DNA from: a virus
Lineage: Duplodnaviria; Heunggongvirae; Uroviricota; Caudoviricetes
Direction: 5' to 3' (one strand)
Length of the DNA stretch: 28,894 nt
IMG/VR virus record: IMGVR_UViG_2534682060_000015
Coordinates: 1 to 28,894 of that record
Positions 1 through 7,388 of the stretch are shown piece by piece. The stretch's first letter is position 1. Every line of letters starts with the position of its first letter. Below the pieces are notes generated by a model. It was given only the letters and a program-made list of their open reading frames with translations. It was not told where the DNA came from and made no database searches. The position numbers and the translations under genes were made by a program.

Positions 1-1254
1 ATGCTGGAACAAATGGGCATTGCCGCGAAGCAAGCCTCGTATAAATTAGCGCAACTCTCCAGCCGCGAAAAAAATCGCGTGCTGGAAAAAATCGCCGATG
101 AACTGGAAGCACAAAGCGAAATCATCCTCAACGCTAACGCCCAGGATGTTGCTGACGCGCGTGCCAATGGCCTTGGCGAAGCGATGCTTGACCGTCTGGC
201 ACTGACGCCCGCACGGCTGAAAGGCATTGCCGATGATGTGCGCCAGGTGTGTAACCTCGCCGATCCGGTGGGGCAGGTAATCGATGGCAGCGTACTGGAC
301 AGCGGCCTGCGTCTTGAGCGTCGTCGCGTACCGCTGGGGGTTATTGGCGTGATTTATGAAGCGCGCCCGAACGTGACGGTTGATGTCGCTTCGCTGTGCC
401 TGAAAACCGGTAATGCGGTGATCCTGCGCGGTGGCAAAGAAACGTGTCGCACTAACGCTGCAACGGTGGCGGTGATTCAGGACGCCCTGAAATCCTGCGG
501 CTTACCGGCGGGTGCCGTGCAGGCGATTGATAATCCTGACCGTGCGCTGGTCAGTGAAATGCTGCGTATGGATAAATACATCGACATGCTGATCCCGCGT
601 GGTGGCGCTGGTTTGCATAAACTGTGCCGTGAACAGTCGACAATCCCGGTGATCACAGGTGGTATAGGCGTATGCCATATTTACGTTGATGAAAGTGTAG
701 AGATCGCTGAAGCATTAAAAGTGATCGTCAACGCGAAAACTCAGCGTCCGAGCACATGTAATACGGTTGAAACGTTGCTGGTGAATAAAAACATCGCCGA
801 TAGCTTCCTGCCCGCATTAAGCAAACAAATGGCGGAAAGCGGCGTGACATTACACGCAGATGCAGCTGCACTGGCGCAGTTGCAGGCAGGCCCTGCGAAG
901 GTGGTTGCTGTTAAAGCCGAAGAGTATGACGATGAGTTTCTGTCATTAGATTTGAACGTCAAAATCGTCAGCGATCTTGACGATGCCATCGCCCATATTC
1001 GTGAACACGGCACACAACACTCCGATGCGATCCTGACCCGCGATATGCGCAACGCCCAGCGTTTTGTTAACGAAGTGGATTCGTCCGCTGTTTACGTTAA
1101 CGCCTCTACGCGTTTTACCGACGGCGGCCAGTTTGGTCTGGGTGCGGAAGTGGCGGTAAGCACACAAAAACTCCACGCGCGTGGCCCAATGGGGCTGGAA
1201 GCACTGACCACTTACAAGTGGATCGGCATTGGTGATTACACCATTCGTGCGTAA
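1..1254 (+). CDS. proA: gamma-glutamyl phosphate reductase (glutamate-5-semialdehyde dehydrogenase), full length 417 aa
   Basis: ORF 1..1254; translation recognised as enterobacterial ProA ([20 protein letters not shown]... ending ...[11 protein letters not shown]); stop TAA at 1252-1254; immediately followed by tRNA-Thr as in the E. coli proA-thrW arrangement (established knowledge). Confidence 0.93.
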   Translation: MLEQMGIAAKQASYKLAQLSSREKNRVLEKIADELEAQSEIILNANAQDVADARANGLGEAMLDRLALTPARLKGIADDVRQVCNLADPVGQVIDGSVLDSGLRLERRRVPLGVIGVIYEARPNVTVDVASLCLKTGNAVILRGGKETCRTNAATVAVIQDALKSCGLPAGAVQAIDNPDRALVSEMLRMDKYIDMLIPRGGAGLHKLCREQSTIPVITGGIGVCHIYVDESVEIAEALKVIVNAKTQRPSTCNTVETLLVNKNIADSFLPALSKQMAESGVTLHADAAALAQLQAGPAKVVAVKAEEYDDEFLSLDLNVKIVSDLDDAIAHIREHGTQHSDAILTRDMRNAQRFVNEVDSSAVYVNASTRFTDGGQFGLGAEVAVSTQKLHARGPMGLEALTTYKWIGIGDYTIRA

Positions 1255-1368
1255 ATAAAACCGGGTGATGCAAAAGTAGCCATTTGATTCACAAGGCCAT
1301 TGACGCATCGCCCGGTTAGTTTTAACCTTGTCCACCGTGATTCACGTTCGTGAACATGTCCTTTCAGG

Positions 1369-1444
1369 GCCGATATAGCTCAGTTGGTAGAGCAGCGCAT
1401 TCGTAATGCGAAGGTCGTAGGTTCGACTCCTATTATCGGCACCA
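1369..1444 (+). tRNA. thrW: tRNA-Thr (anticodon CGU)
   Basis: 76-nt sequence GCCGATATAGCTCAGTTGGTAGAGCAGCGCATTCGTAATGCG...GGTTCGACTCCTATTATCGGCACCA with acceptor stem pairing, D-loop AGCTCAGTTGGTAGAGC, anticodon loop with CGT, T-loop GGTTCGACTCC and 3' CCA; its position after proA matches thrW. Confidence 0.88.
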
Positions 1445-1445
1445 T
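1428..1445. repeat. attL core: 18-bp TCCTATTATCGGCACCAT at the 3' end of tRNA-Thr, repeated exactly at 15636..15653
   Basis: Exact 18-bp identity between 1428..1445 and 15636..15653 found by eye; the flanking bases differ (c/t upstream, t/c downstream). Classic duplication of a tRNA 3' end by site-specific integration. Confidence 0.75.
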
Positions 1446-1461
1446 TCTAACGTTTCCCCAA

Positions 1462-1546
1462 GTCTACTAAAGTTCACTGAAACCCCTTATACTCTGCGCT
1501 TTACAGCCCCTTTTAGTATTTCTACGTCTACTAAAGTTCCCTGAAA
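1462..1546. repeat. two direct 21-bp repeats GTCTACTAAAGTTC(A/C)CTGAAA (1462..1482 and 1526..1546), candidate integrase arm-type sites
   Basis: Near-identical 21-mers 64 bp apart, between the att core and the integrase gene. Confidence 0.45.
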
Positions 1547-1610
1547 TCTACGGTCGTTTGGGGGTACTTATGGGGGTATTTGTTGTTCGGTCTATAGGAG
1601 GTACCCCCAA

Positions 1611-2825
1611 GTGAAACTAAACGCCCGCCAGGTGGACACCGTCAAACCTAAAGATAAGCCTTACAAGCTGGCTGATGGTGGTGGTTTGTATCTCTTGATT
1701 AAACCTAATGGCGGCAAATACTGGCGGCTCAAGTATCGTGTAGCAGGCAAAGAGAAGCTGTTAGCGCTTGGCGTGTATCCTGAAGTCACATTGGCCGATG
1801 CTCGGGCAAAACGTGAAGAAGCCAAAAGGGGGATCGCTGGGGGTATCGATCCTATGGAAGCGAAACGGGAAGAAAAGATTGCCCGTGAAACTCAGTTAAA
1901 CAATACATTCAAAGATATTGCCCTTGAGTGGCACAGCAGCAAACTAAAAAAATGGTCTGCTGGGTATGCTTCAGACATCCTGGAGGCTTTCAACAAAGAT
2001 GTGTTCCCTTACATTGGCAAAAAACCAATAGCTGATATCAAACCGCTTGAACTGTTGAATGTGCTACGGCGCATTGAGGGGCGCGGCGCTACAGAAAAGG
2101 CCAAAAAGGTTAGGCAGCGCTGCGGGGAAGTTTTCCGTTACGCAATAGTCACCGGCCGTGCTGAGTATAACCCTGCTCCGGATCTCACCAGTGCGATGCA
2201 AGGGCATGACTCCAATCATTATCCTTTCCTCACACCAAAGGAATTGCCTGATTTCTTCAAGGCTTTGTCAGGATATACAGGAAGCGCGTTAGTAGTTTTA
2301 GCCGCTCGTCTGCTGATTATAACCGGCTTGCGTACCGGCGAACTCCGCGGGGCATTTTGGGATGAAATCAATATCAATAAGGCGGTCTGGGAAATACCAG
2401 CCTCACGCATGAAAATGCGTCGCCCTCATATAGTGCCATTGTCTGAGCAGGCTCTTTCGCTTATTGGGCAGATTAAAGAACTAACTGGCAATTATCCGCT
2501 TATGTTTCCTGGTCGTAATGATCCAAGAAAAACAATGAGTGAGGCCAGCATAAACCAAGTATTTAAGCGCATTGGTTATAACGGAAAGGTTACTGGCCAC
2601 GGTTTCCGACACACTATGAGCACCATTTTGCATGAGCAGGGCTATAACACTGCGTGGATAGAAACGCAGCTCGCGCACGTCGATAAAAACTCAATTCGTG
2701 GCACATACAACCATGCGCAATATCTGGATGGGCGGCGGGAAATGCTTCAGTGGTACGCTGATTATATGGATTCGCTCGAGCATGGCGGAAATGTGGTGCA
2801 TTGTGAGTTCGGAAAATGCGGGTGA
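1611..2825 (+). CDS. int: P4-type tyrosine integrase (404 aa)
   Basis: GTG start at 1611 with AGGAGG at 1596..1601; N-terminus MKLNARQVDTVKPKDKPYKLADGGGLYLLIKPNGGKYWRLKYR is typical of the P4-integrase arm-binding domain; C-terminal catalytic region contains HGFRHT...LAH...Y; located directly downstream of a tRNA. Confidence 0.9.
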   Translation: MKLNARQVDTVKPKDKPYKLADGGGLYLLIKPNGGKYWRLKYRVAGKEKLLALGVYPEVTLADARAKREEAKRGIAGGIDPMEAKREEKIARETQLNNTFKDIALEWHSSKLKKWSAGYASDILEAFNKDVFPYIGKKPIADIKPLELLNVLRRIEGRGATEKAKKVRQRCGEVFRYAIVTGRAEYNPAPDLTSAMQGHDSNHYPFLTPKELPDFFKALSGYTGSALVVLAARLLIITGLRTGELRGAFWDEININKAVWEIPASRMKMRRPHIVPLSEQALSLIGQIKELTGNYPLMFPGRNDPRKTMSEASINQVFKRIGYNGKVTGHGFRHTMSTILHEQGYNTAWIETQLAHVDKNSIRGTYNHAQYLDGRREMLQWYADYMDSLEHGGNVVHCEFGKCG

Positions 2826-2952
2826 CTGGTTGAGTATACAGTAGTAGACTTTGAGCGATTAAGAAAAGGCTGTGTCTAGGGTCGCTCCCGAAAATCCGTA
2901 CACCTCGGCGGACTGGCACAGCCACTACGGTAGAGGGCGCAGAGGTGTGCGT

Positions 2953-3723
2953 ATGGTTGATATTCATGCCGAATTAAATGAATACAAAAAAGAGTTTATT
3001 TATTTACGTGATTTTCTTGATGATGTATTTAAAGTTGTTGATGCTAATATTTCAGAAGTCATTACCTGGATACTCAAGAGAATAAATACAGTAAATCCAG
3101 GCATTACCCTGTACACAGTAAATTCATTAAATGAGGTGGAGCTTTATTCTTCGGATCCGTTTGAGTGGAGATCTGATTTTAACTTTCTTTATGCAAAACT
3201 GGATACGGTTAGGGAGCGTGGTTGTTTACCTTGTGAGAGGGATGAGAGTGGTTTTCTGGTATCTGGTTATTGGGAAGATGCCGAATTTGAGGCAATGGGA
3301 TTCAGAAGAAATGAAATTTTCGAAATTTTCCCAGAAATCCTTGACGGGTTAATGAATCTGGAATGTGCTGACTCTTCTGAAAATAACGAGGCGCAAGGAA
3401 GCAATATTGAACATAAAGAGTTGCGTACAGATGATGATTTTTTATCCCGAATTGCAATGCTGGAAAAAGAAAATGAATCGTTAAGGGCGCGGGTAAATCA
3501 GTTAGAAAAGGAGCGCCCGATTTTGTTAAAGGCGTATCGTGATGATGACCCATTGTATCTGGCTATCGATATTAGAAACAGAGAGTGGGCCAATTACGAC
3601 CCAGAGAATGATCGCGCAACTAGGGGAAACCAGGGCGCGATTACTACTGAGCTTGAAAAACGAGGTTTTACCTCCCGACAGGCCGCATCTATTGAGCTTG
3701 TCGCCTGTCCTATCAAACGATGA
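2953..3723 (+). CDS. hypothetical protein with coiled-coil segment (LEKENESLRARVNQLEKER); AT-rich orphan gene next to integrase
   Basis: ORF 2872..3723 in the track; ATG at 2953 preferred (agagg a few nt upstream); AT-rich codon usage contrasts with proA and int. No recognisable family. Confidence 0.5.
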   Translation: MVDIHAELNEYKKEFIYLRDFLDDVFKVVDANISEVITWILKRINTVNPGITLYTVNSLNEVELYSSDPFEWRSDFNFLYAKLDTVRERGCLPCERDESGFLVSGYWEDAEFEAMGFRRNEIFEIFPEILDGLMNLECADSSENNEAQGSNIEHKELRTDDDFLSRIAMLEKENESLRARVNQLEKERPILLKAYRDDDPLYLAIDIRNREWANYDPENDRATRGNQGAITTELEKRGFTSRQAASIELVACPIKR

Positions 3724-3762
3724 AGCCTTACCCTAGTGGTATCTCATGTTTTGTTCGCGTCT

Positions 3763-3842
3763 CACCCTAAGGGTAATCAGACCTCACCCTTAGGGTATTT
3801 TTGTATGCTTTCCCATCAATTTTACTATTACCCTTAGGGTAA
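3763..3842. promoter_or_regulatory. three copies of the palindromic motif (C/T)ACCCT(A/T)AGGGTA (3763..3776, 3785..3797, 3829..3842) upstream of the AlpA-like gene
   Basis: CCCTAAGGG/CCCTTAGGG self-complementary cores repeated three times in the intergenic region 3724..3943; candidate operator or activator binding sites. Confidence 0.5.
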
Positions 3843-3943
3843 AAATATTCCCGATAACCATTAGACCTGAGAGCATTAAAATATTCGTTATTTCTGTGCC
3901 ATGATTACCTCGTCAAATTGAGTAGACGTTATGAGGTAAATAT

Positions 3944-4141
3944 ATGTCAAATACGCTTATTCGTTTAACGGAAGTTCAGCGTAGAACTGGATATAGCAAG
4001 GCATGGATTTATCGCCTTATGGGGCAAGGTAAATTTCCTGCATCAGTTAAAATTGGCTCGCGAGCGATTGCTTTCGTTGAGAGTGAAATTGACGAGTGGA
4101 TTAATCAGCGTATTGCGGAATCACGCGGAACAGCTACCTGA
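3944..4141 (+). CDS. AlpA-family HTH transcriptional regulator / excisionase-like protein (65 aa)
   Basis: MSNTLIRLTEVQRRTGYSKAWIYRLMGQGKFPASVKIGSRAIAFVESEIDEWI matches the AlpA/Vis-type pattern (RL.EV...G.S...IYRL...G.FP...K.G.R...W...EI..W); gagg upstream of the ATG. Confidence 0.8.
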   Translation: MSNTLIRLTEVQRRTGYSKAWIYRLMGQGKFPASVKIGSRAIAFVESEIDEWINQRIAESRGTAT

Positions 4142-4219
4142 TTAAATGGCTACGGGGCCAGAAGTCCCAGCTATCCACCAGCAAATAAAAAGTAACTTAA
4201 TTCGATAGCAGGAGTTTTT

Positions 4220-5020
4220 ATGAAACTGCGAAAAACGCCCGTACAGGGGCAGGGCTTCGTTCGGCCTGAAAACCAGAGCCAACAAAATTTCTGCGAAATT
4301 ATCCCGGTTAGTTCCGGCGTTATTGGCGGGCGTGAAACCAATATTGTTAGCGCCAGAGCGTTGCATAAGGTGCTGGGTGTGAAGCGTGATTTCACAACTT
4401 GGATTAAAGGACGCATTGATGAGTACGGATTTAAAAAGGGCGTGGATTTTGAATTCGTAGAAAATTTGACCTCCCCCAATCCGGTGAGCGCAAAATCTCG
4501 CCAACGTGTAGAGCACGACTACCTGAGCACTATCAACATGGCGAAAGAACTGGCGATGGTCGAGCGCACCGAACAGGGGCGCGCCGTTCGTCAGTACTTT
4601 ATCAAATGCGAGGAGGAGCTACACAAGGTAGCGCCAGTGCGTTCCGCAGTGTTACGCCGGGAACTGAAAGCCCGTATCACAGTTGCCAGCTACTTTAAGC
4701 CAATGTGTGCCGCGCTGGAGGCGTACCGGGCTGAGCTGGGTAAAAACACTCTACAGCACCACTACACCACGGAAGCCAATATGCTGGCGCGTATCGTGCT
4801 GGGTGGCATGACTGCAAAACAGTGGGCGCAGGCGAACGGCATCACAGGCGAACCACGCGACCACATGAGCACGTTGCAGCTTGAGCATCTTTCTTACCTT
4901 AAGCAGAGCAATATCACGCTGATTGAGTTAGGCCAGGACTACCACCAGCGGAAAGCTGAATTAATTCGTCTTTCGCAGCGTTGGTTAGCCCGTCGCATGG
5001 AGGAAAACAGCCATGTGTAA
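4220..5020 (+). CDS. phage antirepressor-like protein (AntA/AntB-type N-terminal domain)
   Basis: Segment SARALHKVLGVKRDFTTWIKGRIDEYGFKKGVDFEF resembles the AntA/AntB antirepressor N-terminal domain; ORF 266 aa. Confidence 0.55.
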   Translation: MKLRKTPVQGQGFVRPENQSQQNFCEIIPVSSGVIGGRETNIVSARALHKVLGVKRDFTTWIKGRIDEYGFKKGVDFEFVENLTSPNPVSAKSRQRVEHDYLSTINMAKELAMVERTEQGRAVRQYFIKCEEELHKVAPVRSAVLRRELKARITVASYFKPMCAALEAYRAELGKNTLQHHYTTEANMLARIVLGGMTAKQWAQANGITGEPRDHMSTLQLEHLSYLKQSNITLIELGQDYHQRKAELIRLSQRWLARRMEENSHV

Positions 5021-5440
5021 CGCTCTGACCGTTACAAAAAGAAAAAGCGCCCCGTTGCCGGAGCGCCTTTGTGAACAAGTCGCTTACTGCGCCATATTGC
5101 TTACTGTCTACGAGGCAGATTATAGCGTTGTGGTCGTACAGAGTGAAGGCGCTGATCACTGTTATCACAGTAAGCCAGAAATGCAGAATATTTTGCTGCA
5201 AAATGCCGTTAGCCACGCTGTCCGGAAAGCAAAAAATACTGCTGGTGGTGCGACTGATGCAATTTCTTCTGGTCGTTCAGTGCTGAATAATCTGACATTT
5301 GATGCCGTTCTGGAGAAAACTAAGGCGACCGCAAAGTGGCACCGGTGGGTATTACGACAAATCAAACTTGAACATATTGCCAACAGCGGTGTATTTGCGG
5401 TCGGTGGGAAAAGCGTAACCGGAAGAAAATTCCGGTGGGG

Positions 5441-5656
5441 CTATTCCTGCTCTTTAATATCGCTATGTCGCGATGTTTTCCAGGTATGTGGCCCTAATTT
5501 TGTGCGCCTGTACTCTTTAAGGAACGTCTCAAGGACAAACGCACACGGCGCGAATTTGTCTGATTCATGCTCGTGCGTCATATTTTTGCGACGTCTCTTT
5601 CGGGTTTGTGATGGTATTTTTGTTAACTTTTTATTGTTCATAATGGCCTCCTGCAT
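5441..5656 (-). CDS. small basic hypothetical protein (up to 71 aa; true start uncertain)
   Basis: Minus-strand ORF directly downstream of the RHH-like gene, same orientation; lysine/arginine-rich (KRRRK). Confidence 0.3.
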   Translation of the reverse strand: MQEAIMNNKKLTKIPSQTRKRRRKNMTHEHESDKFAPCAFVLETFLKEYRRTKLGPHTWKTSRHSDIKEQE

Positions 5657-5704
5657 AGCAATGCGCCGTAGTTCCTCACATCACGGCACTGATAGTGGTT
5701 ATTC

Positions 5705-5878
5705 CTACTCTTTGGCCTTGCGCAGCTGGCGGTATTCAACTTCTCGCTTTAATGCTGCTGTAACAAACTGCCCTGTACTTTCACCTGGCATTTTTACCGC
5801 CTCAACATTGTTCATTACTTCATGCGGAACTCTTGCCGCAACGGTTTGTGATTTCGCGTTTACTGCTTTTGTCGCCAT
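5705..5878 (-). CDS. small ribbon-helix-helix-like DNA-binding protein (57 aa), candidate switch regulator
   Basis: Hand-translated minus-strand ORF below the 60-aa track cutoff: MATKAVNAKSQTVAARVPHEVMNNVEAVKMPGESTGQFVTAALKREVEYRQLRKAKE; RVPHEV...G.S...FV..AL pattern fits an Arc/CopG-type fold; divergent from the + strand operon starting at 6078. Confidence 0.45.
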   Translation of the reverse strand: MATKAVNAKSQTVAARVPHEVMNNVEAVKMPGESTGQFVTAALKREVEYRQLRKAKE

Positions 5879-5928
5879 GTTGTGTACCCCTCATGAAAAA
5901 CAAATGCAGTATGCAGAAAAAAAAATAA

Positions 5929-5980
5929 GTGTTCAACACTTGACGTGTTTAACACCTGAAATTAGATTGGTGTTCAACAC
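5929..5980. promoter_or_regulatory. three near-palindromic operator-like sites GTGTT(C/T)AACAC (5929..5939, 5945..5955, 5970..5980) in a divergent intergenic region
   Basis: Three copies of an 11-bp near-palindrome between the minus-strand RHH-like gene (start 5878) and the + strand gene starting 6078. Confidence 0.55.
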
Positions 5981-6077
5981 CTTGTTGAAGCAAGGTGCAG
6001 AAACGACGAAACCCGGCAGTGCGTCAACACTAACCGGGCTTCTAACCACCAACGATAACGAGAGTATCGAGGTAGCT

Positions 6078-6614
6078 ATGAGAAATCATACCACACACCC
6101 GCAAGGGCGGGACTCGCACAACCTGAATAAACCCGATGTAAAAAACCTGTTGCTCGCCACTGCCAGCCAAGGCTATGATTTATACGCACCAGCAAAATCT
6201 GGTGCCGGGATTGGCGTCCTGGTATTTAACGAAGCGCACAACACGCGCCCTGCGTGTTTTTTTGTGCCGGATAGTCACACCTTATCAATGGTGGGCTGTA
6301 TGGGGGCGGAGCAATCCGCGCCGGGTTCTTCGTTAACCGGTTACGCCAACCCCGTACAGTCCACCGCCAGCGAAATTGGCGTTTCCTGCGGTGGGTTTAT
6401 TAACCCTAACGAAGAGGCTGCCAATATGGCTACAGTCCCTACCCTTGTACATTCCCAAACTGCCTTTATCTGGCGCTTTATCATCTTTGGCGCGTCAGAA
6501 TCCCAAATCATCCACGTCACCGCCTGGACGGAACGCGAAGCGCGTAACCATTGCCCGTCCGGTTGTGTCGCTGTATTCGCCGCCCGTATTCGTCAGGAGG
6601 TGCGCCATGATTAA
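6078..6614 (+). CDS. hypothetical protein (178 aa from ATG 6078; possibly shorter, from ATG 6426)
   Basis: C-terminal part of the 533-aa track ORF; ATG 6078 has GAGG at 6069..6072; only the region from about 6078 on reads like protein (...IWRFIIFGASESQIIHVTAWTEREARNH...). The upstream part of the track ORF looks like non-coding read-through. Confidence 0.4.
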   Translation: MRNHTTHPQGRDSHNLNKPDVKNLLLATASQGYDLYAPAKSGAGIGVLVFNEAHNTRPACFFVPDSHTLSMVGCMGAEQSAPGSSLTGYANPVQSTASEIGVSCGGFINPNEEAANMATVPTLVHSQTAFIWRFIIFGASESQIIHVTAWTEREARNHCPSGCVAVFAARIRQEVRHD

Positions 6615-6900
6615 TCTGTCAATCTCTGACCTTAACCGCATTCAGTATGACGAGAAATTTACCGGGAGCGTAAAAGCATTGAGGAAGCAGGCTGGATGTG
6701 CACGACTTATTAAGCCGTTAAGGTGTCATCATGATGATGATCCGCACTTTACCGGACGTATGGTGAATCACTACAAAAAAGGCGTTGAGGTATCCTCTGA
6801 ACAGCTACGAGCTGGTTGCTGTTTCGGCACACCACCGGAATTTAGCGAACTGCTGACCCGTTGCGATTACCGGATCATTCAGGGGGAAAGTCATGGGTAA
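6607..6900 (+). CDS. hypothetical protein (97 aa)
   Basis: ATG 6607 with AGGAGG at 6595..6600; overlaps the previous stop (ATGATTAA); MINLSISDLNRIQYDEKFTGSVKALRKQAG... Confidence 0.55.
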   Translation: MINLSISDLNRIQYDEKFTGSVKALRKQAGCARLIKPLRCHHDDDPHFTGRMVNHYKKGVEVSSEQLRAGCCFGTPPEFSELLTRCDYRIIQGESHG

Positions 6901-7093
6901 TCAGCCAGCAACAATGACAATTACCCTGAATGTGCCAGATGATTTCACCGGGCGCGTACTGGTTTACCTGGATAAAGGGAAAGTGAAATCACAATGCCGA
7001 CTGCGAAATAATGAAATAGTAAGTACGGTAGAAGGCTTTTCTGAACTCTGTATTCGTGCAGGAATAAAACCGGAACTGCTGACAGGAAAATAA
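6893..7093 (+). CDS. hypothetical protein (66 aa)
   Basis: ORF start overlaps the upstream stop; part of a tightly packed + strand operon. Confidence 0.45.
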   Translation: MGNQPATMTITLNVPDDFTGRVLVYLDKGKVKSQCRLRNNEIVSTVEGFSELCIRAGIKPELLTGK

Positions 7094-7097
7094 AACC

Positions 7098-7388
7098 ATG
7101 AAAAAGAAAAATTCTGGCTTTACTGCCAGCGGCCTCTCTCGGTCTGCAATTCGCTCTGGCGATATTTACCGCGACACCAGACGTGGGGGACGAGTGGTTA
7201 TTCGTCACGTTACGCCAGGAAATATCACCTACCGCCGTGAGGCTTACGAATATGACTGCGTAATGCCGCGCCGTCAGTTTGAGCGTGATTTTATTCTGGT
7301 GGAAAACAAAGAACAGGCAGTAGCGAGACGTGCAGCCTCGAGTATTAAAAAAATCCGGGCAATGTTGGTAGCTGGGGGTAAGAAGTGA
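7098..7388 (+). CDS. hypothetical protein (96 aa)
   Basis: ORF with stop overlapping the start of the large ATPase gene (7385). Confidence 0.5.
   Translation: MKKKNSGFTASGLSRSAIRSGDIYRDTRRGGRVVIRHVTPGNITYRREAYEYDCVMPRRQFERDFILVENKEQAVARRAASSIKKIRAMLVAGGKK

Noticed and set aside
741-1335. Minus-strand ORFs of 103 and 129 aa inside or overlapping proA
   Set aside because: They are antisense to the well-supported proA reading frame; typical shadow ORFs.
5040-5075. Possible terminator hairpin after the antirepressor-like gene (GCGCCCCGTTGCCGGAGCGC)
   Set aside because: The stem has a mismatch and the following T-tract is only CTTT; too weak to call by eye.
5013-6614. 533-aa ORF on the + strand taken as one gene
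   Set aside because: The translation of its first two thirds is Cys/Ser/His-rich with no protein-like character, it runs antisense through two plausible minus-strand small genes and through the operator region, and it lacks an RBS at 5013. Only the portion from about 6078 onward is kept as a candidate CDS.
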